Part shown: positions 30,967-38,905 of the stretch, one piece after another | How the letters are laid out: every line of letters begins with the position of its first letter | How positions within the stretch are numbered: position 1 is the stretch's first letter | Program-made: the position numbers and the translations under genes | The notes under the pieces: model-generated | Databases searched by the model: none | Seen by the model: the letters and a program-made list of their open reading frames with translations, nothing else | What the model was told of the DNA's origin: nothing | Source: Actinomycetota bacterium | GTDB lineage: Bacteria > Actinomycetota > Acidimicrobiia > IMCC26256 > VFJJ01 | NCBI GenBank assembly: GCA_009886115.1 | Contig: VFJJ01000066.1 | Span: 1-46,770, forward strand | DNA: 46,770 nucleotides | Reading direction: 5' to 3'

Positions 30967-31922
30967 CCACCGAGGATGGCACGACGGCGCATGAGCCGAA
31001 CGACCGACCGACCGTCTCGATCGTCATCCCCACCCACCAGCGGGCCCAGCTGATCGGACGGGCTCTCAGGAGCATCCTGGCCCAGGACATGGTCAGCTGG
31101 GAGGCCTTGGTGGTCGACGACGGCTCGACCGACGGAACCGACGACGCGGTCGCGGCCTTCGCCGATCCGAGGATCCGCTACATCTCCCGCCCGGTGTGTG
31201 GCGGCGTTTCGGCGGCGCGCAACACCGGGCTCGACCACGTCACCGGCGATGTCATCAGCTTCCTCGACTCCGACGACGAGTACCTCCCCGGTGCGCTCAC
31301 GGCGCTGGTCGACGGGCTGCGGGCCTCGCCCGAGGCCTCGGGGGTCAAGGGCCTCATCGAGGGTGACGTCCCGACGCGGGGCCATCCGATGGCGAGCCTC
31401 GCCCGCGTCGAGATGCTCGATCAGCGGACCCACCCAGGGTTGCAGTCGTTCGCGTACCGGCGCTCCCGGGCCGGGCACCTGCGCTTCGACTCGAGCCTCA
31501 GCCGCTCCGAGGACCGGCACTTCATGCTCGAGCTGATGGCCACCGGTCCTGTGGTGACGACCGGGCAGTTCATCGCCCGGCTCCACCACACCTCGGGGAG
31601 CCTCATGTCGTCGCCGTGCTACCAGCCGTGGGCCCGGTTCCTCGCGCTCAACCTCGACGAGATCGCCGCATCGCCGCGCCTGCACAGCTCCTGGGAGCTC
31701 AGGCTGACACGCGTCGCCATCGCCGAAGGCCACGCCCCCGAAGCACGCCGCCACGCCCGTGCCGCGCTCCGCGCCGATCGTCGCAATCCCGAGGCCTGGC
31801 TCGTCGCCGGAGCTGCGGTGTTGGGAGTTGCCCCGCTGCGCTGGGCCGGGGCCCTGATCCGACGCCTGTCGACGAGGCGGGCGCCCGGCAGGCACGGCGA
31901 CGGTTCACGCGCACCACACTGA
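30963..31922 (+). CDS. Glycosyltransferase family 2
   Basis: VSIVIPT, VDDGSTD, SAARNTG, FLDSDD and SED. TTGA overlap with the previous stop. Confidence 0.9.
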   Translation: MTTEDGTTAHEPNDRPTVSIVIPTHQRAQLIGRALRSILAQDMVSWEALVVDDGSTDGTDDAVAAFADPRIRYISRPVCGGVSAARNTGLDHVTGDVISFLDSDDEYLPGALTALVDGLRASPEASGVKGLIEGDVPTRGHPMASLARVEMLDQRTHPGLQSFAYRRSRAGHLRFDSSLSRSEDRHFMLELMATGPVVTTGQFIARLHHTSGSLMSSPCYQPWARFLALNLDEIAASPRLHSSWELRLTRVAIAEGHAPEARRHARAALRADRRNPEAWLVAGAAVLGVAPLRWAGALIRRLSTRRAPGRHGDGSRAPH

Positions 31923-31976
31923 TCGCCCGTCATCACCTCGGGCTCGGTTGATCGCCCGATTACCCTCAGCGGCGCC

Positions 31977-33461
31977 ATGACCAAGACTCCCGACCCGACC
32001 GCGACCGCCCCTGGCGCCGGCGCCGGCGCCGTTGCCGCCGTGCCCGAAACGGGTACCGAACGCGCGGGACCGTCCAGACACGAGCCGACTGCGCGCGATC
32101 TGTTCCGCAACGGTCTGGCACCGTTGACGATCGGCGTGTGCCTCGTCATGACGATCAGCGCCTTCGAGGTGCTGGGCACGGCGACGGCGATGCCCGCCGT
32201 GAAGGACGATCTCGGCGGCCTCAGCTTCTACGGCCTGGCCTTGGCCGCTCCGCTCATCGCTTCGATCGCCGTGATCCCCTACGGCGGAAGGGCCATCGAC
32301 CGGTACGGGCCGGCGCGTCCGCTGGGCGGGGCCCTGGCGCTGTTCGCGGTCGGGGTGCTCTTCGCCGGGGCAGCAACCGAGATGTGGATGGTGGCCGCCT
32401 TCCGGGGTGTGCAGGGCCTCGGTGGAGGCACCCTGTTCGTGCTCCAGCTCGGGATCGTGGGCAAGGCGTACCCGGGGCCGCTGAAGGCCCGGATGCTGGC
32501 ACTGCTGTCAGCCGTGTGGGTCATGCCCGCCCTCATCGGCCCGGGGGTGGCCGGCCTGGTCGCCGATCACCTGAGTTGGCGCTGGGTGTTCTGGGGCGTG
32601 CTCCCCCTGATCGTCGTGTCGGCGGTGCTGTCGATTCCGCCGGTGCGGGCATTGGGCGGCGGGCGTAACCGAGAGGTCCGCACCACCGCCGACGATGCCG
32701 CGCACGCTGGTCTGTTCAGCTGGTGGGGCCCGCCGTTGCTCGCGCTCGGCGTCCTGGCCGTGTCGTCGAGCCTGCGCTCCGACGACGAACGGTTGCTGCC
32801 ATTGGCCGTGGCGGGGACGGTCGCCGGGGCCATCGCGCTCGCCAAGAGCGTGCCCGCGGGGACCCTCGTGGCCCGACCGGGGATCCCGGCCACGGTCGCC
32901 ATGGCCCTGACGGCTGCCCTGTCGTATCTCACCGTCGAGAACTTCGTGCCGCTCGCGCTCACCGACGTGCGGGGACGGTCGAACTCCGAGGCGGGGATTC
33001 CGCTCACCGTCGCCGCGCTGGCCTGGACCGTCGGGTCCGCCGTGGTCGCGAGAACCGCGCCCGAACGCCGTCCGGCTCGCGCCAGCGCCGCCGCGCTGCT
33101 CATCGGCGCCGGCATCACCGCCACCGCAGCCGTCGTCCTGAGCGACGCCCCCTACTGGCTCGTGTACGCGACCCTCGGGATCGCCGCGTTCGGGATGGGC
33201 ATCGTGTTCACGACGGGACAGGTCGTCGCCGTCGAGGCGGCGCCGGCGGGACAGGAGGCCACGGCCGGAGGTGCTGTGCAGCTCGCCAACGAGCTCGGCA
33301 TCGCCGTGGGGGTCGGGATCTCGGGCATCTTCGTCGCCCGCTTCGCCGACGACCTCGAGCGAGGTTTCGTCTGGGCGTTCGCGATGACCATCGCCGCTGC
33401 CGTCACCTGTGCCTGGACGGCCCGGCGCATCCCCACGGGGTCCGGCTCGCGCGAGCGCTAG
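31977..33461 (+). CDS. MFS transporter (drug:H+ antiporter-like)
   Basis: Many TM helices, motif A GRAIDRYG, RGVQGLGGG and WRWVF. Confidence 0.92.
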   Translation: MTKTPDPTATAPGAGAGAVAAVPETGTERAGPSRHEPTARDLFRNGLAPLTIGVCLVMTISAFEVLGTATAMPAVKDDLGGLSFYGLALAAPLIASIAVIPYGGRAIDRYGPARPLGGALALFAVGVLFAGAATEMWMVAAFRGVQGLGGGTLFVLQLGIVGKAYPGPLKARMLALLSAVWVMPALIGPGVAGLVADHLSWRWVFWGVLPLIVVSAVLSIPPVRALGGGRNREVRTTADDAAHAGLFSWWGPPLLALGVLAVSSSLRSDDERLLPLAVAGTVAGAIALAKSVPAGTLVARPGIPATVAMALTAALSYLTVENFVPLALTDVRGRSNSEAGIPLTVAALAWTVGSAVVARTAPERRPARASAAALLIGAGITATAAVVLSDAPYWLVYATLGIAAFGMGIVFTTGQVVAVEAAPAGQEATAGGAVQLANELGIAVGVGISGIFVARFADDLERGFVWAFAMTIAAAVTCAWTARRIPTGSGSRER

Positions 33462-33474
33462 CCGATCGAAGGGC

Positions 33475-34491
33475 TCAGGGCGACAGCACGGCCCGGGCGA
33501 TCAGATCGGTCCCGAAGGCTGTGAGGATCGCCAGGTACAACAAGCCCGTGGCGCTCATGACCGCCGAGTAGTACTTCTCCCGCAAGGCGATGCGGACCAC
33601 GACCACGAGCGCGATGGTCGTGAGCGCGCACGTCGCCCACGTGTAGCCGAGCACGCCCGACCAGCCGTCGTCGACCTCGCCGCTGAAGACCTGCAGCATC
33701 CCGGTCGGCCACAGCAGCGCCGCGATCTCGACGGGCCAGGTGTAGCCCACCCAACGGTTGATCTCCTCGAGCAGCGATCGCGGCAACCCGGGCTGGGTGA
33801 GATACCAATGGCCGAGCAGCATGGCGTCGGTGACCGCGCCGAGGAAGGCTGCACCGGCGACGAGACGCACCAGGGCCAGGGCGTAGGGGCCGCCAACGGC
33901 ATGGGCTGCGAAGGCCAGACCCACCAGGCCCAGGATGGGAGCCACCAGATCGAGCCCGGGAGCGAACTCGGCGCCGGCGCCGCGGCGGGATGCAGGAGCC
34001 CCCGCCGCCCCGGTGACGACCGAGGAGGCGCGACGTTGGGCTTCGGCCACGGCCACGGGCACGGCTTCGGCCACGGCCACGGGCACGGCTACGGGCTCGG
34101 CCACGGGCTCGGCCACGGCCTCGGCTTCGGCGTCGGCTTCCCGATCCGACGGTCGGTCACGGCCGGCCATGGCCGCGATCGTCTGTCTGCGTTGGGCGCG
34201 GAGGGTTTCACGCCCCGACATCTCGACCGTGCGGCGAGTGATCGAGATGATCAACGCCACGCTCGCCGCCGCGCCCAGGGCGAGCGCCGACACGTCACGA
34301 CCGGCCGCTCCGGCCCCCTCGTGGCCCAGCACGCGACCGAGCACGACACCGAGGAGGGCCATCACGAGGTAGACCGCACGCAGGAGCCAGCCGTAGCCGA
34401 TCCCGGCGATCCGGTGCCGGGTCGTGACCCAGCAAAACGCCAGGCCTCCCGTGGCCCATTGCAGCATCACGGTGGCGGCGTCGAGCTCCAT
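33475..34491 (-). CDS. Conserved hypothetical multi-pass membrane protein with low-complexity loop insert
   Basis: GGAG RBS, about seven hydrophobic helices, and motifs MLLGHWYL and SATGLLYLA. Confidence 0.82.
   Translation of the reverse strand: MELDAATVMLQWATGGLAFCWVTTRHRIAGIGYGWLLRAVYLVMALLGVVLGRVLGHEGAGAAGRDVSALALGAAASVALIISITRRTVEMSGRETLRAQRRQTIAAMAGRDRPSDREADAEAEAVAEPVAEPVAVPVAVAEAVPVAVAEAQRRASSVVTGAAGAPASRRGAGAEFAPGLDLVAPILGLVGLAFAAHAVGGPYALALVRLVAGAAFLGAVTDAMLLGHWYLTQPGLPRSLLEEINRWVGYTWPVEIAALLWPTGMLQVFSGEVDDGWSGVLGYTWATCALTTIALVVVVRIALREKYYSAVMSATGLLYLAILTAFGTDLIARAVLSP
34039..34140. repeat. In-frame tandem repeats (24-bp perfect duplication plus 12-bp and 6-bp units) encoding AEAVAV/AEPV
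   Basis: GGCTTCGGCCACGGCCACGGGCAC at 34039-34062 and 34063-34086. Confidence 0.88.
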
Positions 34492-34561
34492 GCTCCTGCC
34501 ACGATGCCCCGCACGCCCTCACCGGGACGAAACGGGGCACGGGCACCCTCACCCCCGTGCG

Positions 34562-34608
34562 AGCACCTGTCGCTCAAGGGCACCCCACGCCCCTGAGCGA
34601 CAGGTGCT
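34562..34608. repeat. REP-like palindromic element, copy 2
   Basis: Perfect 15-bp arms AGCACCTGTCGCTCA / TGAGCGACAGGTGCT. Confidence 0.82.
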
Positions 34609-34673
34609 GCAGCGAGGCGCGCTCCGCGACCGGCACGAGCCGCGCGCCGCGGGGCTGTCGCCAGGCGGCGGCT

Positions 34674-35795
34674 TCAGGTCACGATCACGGGTTCGCGGGC
34701 GGCGACGTTGAGGCGATCGGGACCGTCGGGGGTGGCGACGACGATGTCCTCAAGGCGCATCCCCCAGCGCCCGGGCACATAGATGCCCGGCTCGATGCTG
34801 AACGCGTGCCCCGGAGCCACCACCAGCTGGTTGCCCTGCACCATGTAGGGATCTTCGTGGGCCTCGAGGCCGATCCCGTGACCGGTGCGGTGGATGAAGA
34901 ACTCGCCATATCCGTGCTGGGCGATCACGGCCCGGGCCGCGGCGTCGACCGTCTCGCAGGGCACGCCGGCACGGGCGGCCTGCACACCGGCCTCCTGAGC
35001 CGCCGTGAGCACCTCGTAGGCGTCTGCCCACCCGTCGGGCGGACGGCCGACGACGAACATGCGGGTGATGTCGGAGCAATAACCGTGCATGGTGCCGCCG
35101 AAGTCGCACACCACGGCCTCACCCTGCTCGATCACGCGCTCCGACGCCTCGTGGTGGGGGCTGGCGCCGTTGGGGCCACTGGCGACGATGGCGAAGTTCA
35201 CGACGTGGTGACCGTGCTCGAGGATGCGCCGGGCGAACTCGCGGCTCACGTCGGCCTCGGTGCGACCGGCGAACGGGCGATCGCGCATCTCCTCGACGAT
35301 GGCGTCGACCGCGTGGGCGGCGGCGCGAAGCGCCTCGACCTCCACGGGATCCTTGATGCGACGCAACGGGCCCACGACCTCGTTGGCGGCGCTGAAGCGG
35401 GTGTGGGGCAGCGCCTGCTGGAGTTCGAGCACGAACCGACCCCACGTCCGGTCGCCGATGGCCGCCGTCGCCGGTCCGCCCCCGGGCATCGCCTCGTGGC
35501 ACAGACGGGCAACGAGGCGCACCGGGTCGTCGGTCTCGTTCCAGGGCACGATCGTGAAGGCATCGGGTCGTTCGACGACCCGCGGCGCCTCGAGCCTCGG
35601 GACCACGAGCACGGCCTCGCCCTCGCGGGGCAGGACGAGCATCGTGAGCCGCTCGAGCGGCATCGCCTCGTAGCCGGTGAGCCACGGCAGGTCGGCGCCG
35701 ACCGACAACAACGCGACGTCGATGCCGAGCTCGACCATGCGGGCACGCACCCGGGTCATCCGGTCGACGAACGGTGCATGCTCCGAGCGTTCCAT
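34674..35795 (-). CDS. Xaa-Pro peptidase (M24)
   Basis: LRRIKD, SPHH, DFGG...YCSDITR, HRTGHGIGLEAHE, SIEPGIY and RLED. Confidence 0.95.
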   Translation of the reverse strand: MERSEHAPFVDRMTRVRARMVELGIDVALLSVGADLPWLTGYEAMPLERLTMLVLPREGEAVLVVPRLEAPRVVERPDAFTIVPWNETDDPVRLVARLCHEAMPGGGPATAAIGDRTWGRFVLELQQALPHTRFSAANEVVGPLRRIKDPVEVEALRAAAHAVDAIVEEMRDRPFAGRTEADVSREFARRILEHGHHVVNFAIVASGPNGASPHHEASERVIEQGEAVVCDFGGTMHGYCSDITRMFVVGRPPDGWADAYEVLTAAQEAGVQAARAGVPCETVDAAARAVIAQHGYGEFFIHRTGHGIGLEAHEDPYMVQGNQLVVAPGHAFSIEPGIYVPGRWGMRLEDIVVATPDGPDRLNVAAREPVIVT

Positions 35796-35900
35796 CCCCC
35801 AGAGGGTAGCCCTGCCCGCGATCGGCCCCGACTACCGTTCCCTCGGTCGCGGCGACATCCGTCGGACGCGACACCGCTCCGAGACGGACCACGCCCACCC

Positions 35901-36932
35901 ATGTCATACCGACGGCTCCAACCCGTGATCGCCATGGCCCGCAAGGGTCTGCGTGCCGCGGCGTTCAAGGTCCCCGTCGCCCGACGAGGCATGGAGGCCA
36001 CCCGTCGAGAGCTCACCAGCGCCCTGGCCGACGGGGTGTACGGAGGCAGCTACTTCGGCGACGACCGCGACCCGAACGACCGGATGGGGCTCTCGGGCTA
36101 CGAGCGTTACGACCGGCTCTCGAGCAACGCCGATGTCGCCGCGTACCTGCTCTGGAGGTTCTTCCCGATCACGCGCTCGCTCGATGTGGGCTGTGCGATG
36201 GGTTTCGTGGTGGAAGCCTTGCGGGAGCTCGGGATCGACGCCGCCGGCTCCGACGTGAGCCAGTACGCCGTCGACCACGCCGCCCCGGGTGCCGTCGGAC
36301 ACCTGCGCCGAGGCGACCTGCTCTCACGCCTGCCGTACTCACGCAACCAGTTCGACGTGGTCTCGGCCCTCGAGGTGCTCGAGCACATCGCTCCCGATGA
36401 CGTACCCCGGGCGCTCCGGGAGCTGCGCCGCATCTGCAGCGGTTGGCTCGTCTGTACGATCCCGTCCGCAGGGACCAACGAGCACGGGCCCGGCGGGTGG
36501 TTCAACGTCAAGGTCCGCGACGAGGCGCTGGAGCGCTACCAGACGCTCGGCGACGACTACGACGGACCCGTTCCCTTCGACGACCTGTACCGCGACGCGT
36601 CGGGCGAGCCGATCGAGGGTCACCTCACCGTGGCCTCGTTCCGTTGGTGGACGCGGCGCTTCGAGGAGGCGGGATTCGAGCGGTGTGGCGACGTCGAACG
36701 TCGAATGCACCCGCTGCTCGCCCGGTTCGGGCTCACCAAGTACTGGAACCTCTACGTGCTCCGGGTTCCCGGCACGCCCGTCCCCGACCTCGACCCCGAG
36801 CGACTCCGCACGCCCGACGAGCTCACCGCTCTGGAGCAGCGCTGGCACCTCGACGAACGGGTGGCCGATCCCGCCGACATCGAGGCCGTGCGTTCGGCCC
36901 TCGACCTTCCCGCCGACGCGCCCCTGTGGTGA
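35901..36932 (+). CDS. Class I SAM-dependent methyltransferase
   Basis: LDVGCAMG motif I, GSDVS and FDVVSALEVLEH. It is the C-terminal part of ORF 34557..36932; start is 35901 or 35934. Confidence 0.88.
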   Translation: MSYRRLQPVIAMARKGLRAAAFKVPVARRGMEATRRELTSALADGVYGGSYFGDDRDPNDRMGLSGYERYDRLSSNADVAAYLLWRFFPITRSLDVGCAMGFVVEALRELGIDAAGSDVSQYAVDHAAPGAVGHLRRGDLLSRLPYSRNQFDVVSALEVLEHIAPDDVPRALRELRRICSGWLVCTIPSAGTNEHGPGGWFNVKVRDEALERYQTLGDDYDGPVPFDDLYRDASGEPIEGHLTVASFRWWTRRFEEAGFERCGDVERRMHPLLARFGLTKYWNLYVLRVPGTPVPDLDPERLRTPDELTALEQRWHLDERVADPADIEAVRSALDLPADAPLW

Positions 36933-36938
36933 CGCGCA

Positions 36939-36970
36939 CGACCCGGACACTCAAGTGAGTGCCCGGGTCG
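36939..36970. terminator. Hairpin between convergent methyltransferase and thiolase genes
   Basis: CGACCCGGACACTCA / TGAGTGCCCGGGTCG, 14 of 15 positions complementary. Confidence 0.6.
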
Positions 36971-37076
36971 CTTCGAGTACGGCTGATCTGCGGTCTCGCT
37001 GAGCTGCTGAGCTGCTGAGTGACGGGCCGAGGTGTGCGGACGGGACGGGAGACGGGAGTCCCCGCGACGGCGAGCG

Positions 37077-38276
37077 TCAGGCTGCTGACTTCTCGAGGAT
37101 GTGCAGTCCGCACGCCGAGCCCAGGCCGATGACATGGGCCAGTCCGACCTTGGCGCCCTCGATCTGGCGGGGCCCGGCCTCGCCACGCAGGTGGGTCGCG
37201 ATCTCCCAGAGGTTCGCGATGCCGGTGGCGGCGATGGGGTGGCCCTTCGACTCGAGCCCTCCCGATACGTTCACGGGCGTCGAGCCGTCACGCCACGTTG
37301 CACCGGAGTTGAAGAAGTCGACGGCGCCACCCTCGGGGCAGAGCATCAGGTTGTCGTAGTGCACCAACTCGGCGGTGGCGAAGCAGTCGTGCAGCTCGAC
37401 GAGATCGAGGTCGGAGGGGCCGATCCCGGCCTTCTCGTAGGCCTGCTTGGCGGCGTTGCGGGTGAGCGTGTTGACGTTCGGGAGCACCTGGCAGGCCTCC
37501 TCGTAGGGGTCGGTGGTGAGGATCGACGCCGAGATCTTCACGGCCCGTCGACGCTGCTCGACCGAGAGGGTCTTGAGCTTGGCGTCGCTCACGACCACAG
37601 CCGCCGCAGCGCCGTCGCAGTTCGCCGAGCACATCGGACGGGTGTTCGGGTACGAGATCATCACGTCGTTCATGATCTCCTCGAGGCTCATCCGCTTGGT
37701 GTAGGCCGCGAGCGGGTTGAGCGTGGAGTGGGCATGGTTCTTCTCGGAGATCTTGGCGAAGAGCTCGAAGGTGGCGCCGCCGTAGCGGTGGCCGTACTCC
37801 ATGCCGATCTGGGCGAAGGTGCCCGGCATGGTCTCGGTGCCGATCCGCCCGTCGATCGCGGCGATGGCGCCGTAACGCCCCGCCGGCGTCCAGGTCTTGG
37901 AGTCTTCCTTGCGTGATCCCCCGGCGAGCAGGCCCGCGCCGGCGAGCTTCTCGACACCCACCGCGAGGCCCATGTCGCACTCGCCCGCCTTGACGGCCAT
38001 GTAAGCGACGCGAACCGCAGTGGCGCCGGTGGCGCAGGCATTGGCCACGTTGTAGACGGGGATGCCGGTCTGACCCACCTGCTTCTGGAGCTGCTGGCCG
38101 ATCCCGCCGCCCAGCAGGTTCCCAGCGGCGAGCACGCCCATCTCACGCATGCTGACACCGCCGTCTGCGAGCGCACCCATGGTGGCTTCAGCTGCGAGGT
38201 CGACGGTGTCCTTGTCGGGGTGCTTGCCGAACTTGGTCATGTGGATCCCGAGGATCCAGATGTCGTCACTGGCCAT
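37077..38276 (-). CDS. Thiolase family protein (SCP2/lipid-transfer-protein type)
   Basis: VANACATG, DGAAA, ELHDCF, NVSGGL and KGHPIAATG. GAGGAG before ATG 38276. Confidence 0.93.
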   Translation of the reverse strand: MASDDIWILGIHMTKFGKHPDKDTVDLAAEATMGALADGGVSMREMGVLAAGNLLGGGIGQQLQKQVGQTGIPVYNVANACATGATAVRVAYMAVKAGECDMGLAVGVEKLAGAGLLAGGSRKEDSKTWTPAGRYGAIAAIDGRIGTETMPGTFAQIGMEYGHRYGGATFELFAKISEKNHAHSTLNPLAAYTKRMSLEEIMNDVMISYPNTRPMCSANCDGAAAAVVVSDAKLKTLSVEQRRRAVKISASILTTDPYEEACQVLPNVNTLTRNAAKQAYEKAGIGPSDLDLVELHDCFATAELVHYDNLMLCPEGGAVDFFNSGATWRDGSTPVNVSGGLESKGHPIAATGIANLWEIATHLRGEAGPRQIEGAKVGLAHVIGLGSACGLHILEKSAA

Positions 38277-38393
38277 GGTGTGCTCCTCCGCTGTGCTGCT
38301 CGGCTGTCGGGCTGTCGGGCTACGTGGGGCCACGTGGGCTACGTGTGCTACTCGGACGGTTCGGGGACCTCGACCTGGGAGTCGACCGGCACG

Positions 38394-38786
38394 TCAGGCC
38401 GGTTCGTAGCCGAAGCCGATGGCCTCGGTGCCGGCCTCGTCGACGCCCATCGACGAGGTCGTGAGGCGGACCTTCATGCCCAGCGTCACGTGCTCGGGGT
38501 CGGGGGTGACGTTGAGGAGGTTGGCGCGAACGCTCGTGCCGCCACAGTCGACGATGGCCGACACGAACGGGACGGCGATACCCGGAGCGGCGAAGGCCAC
38601 GATGGTGAAGGCCCTGACCTCCCCGGACGAGTCGACGTCGACCTTGCGGAAGTCGGTGGCGAAGCAGCCGGCGCAGGCGTTGCGGCGGTCGAAGAACCGG
38701 GCGCCACACGAGGTGCACTCGTTGGCGACGAGATGGGGCTCGTCACCCAGCACGAGGTAGTCGACGAGCGGGATCGGTGCGGCCAT
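38394..38786 (-). CDS. DUF35 Zn-ribbon/OB-fold protein
   Basis: CTSC...CAGC zinc ribbon and LGMKVRL OB strand. Upstream of the thiolase, a known pairing. Confidence 0.92.
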   Translation of the reverse strand: MAAPIPLVDYLVLGDEPHLVANECTSCGARFFDRRNACAGCFATDFRKVDVDSSGEVRAFTIVAFAAPGIAVPFVSAIVDCGGTSVRANLLNVTPDPEHVTLGMKVRLTTSSMGVDEAGTEAIGFGYEPA

Positions 38787-38905
38787 CGAGGTCTCCAGGG
38801 AAGAGCGGTCGTCCCCCGAAGCTAACGCGCCGAGCGACGCCCCGCCCCGATCGAGACATTCGCGTCCGGTCTTCACGCCCACCACCATCGCTCGGCGGCG
38901 CTATC

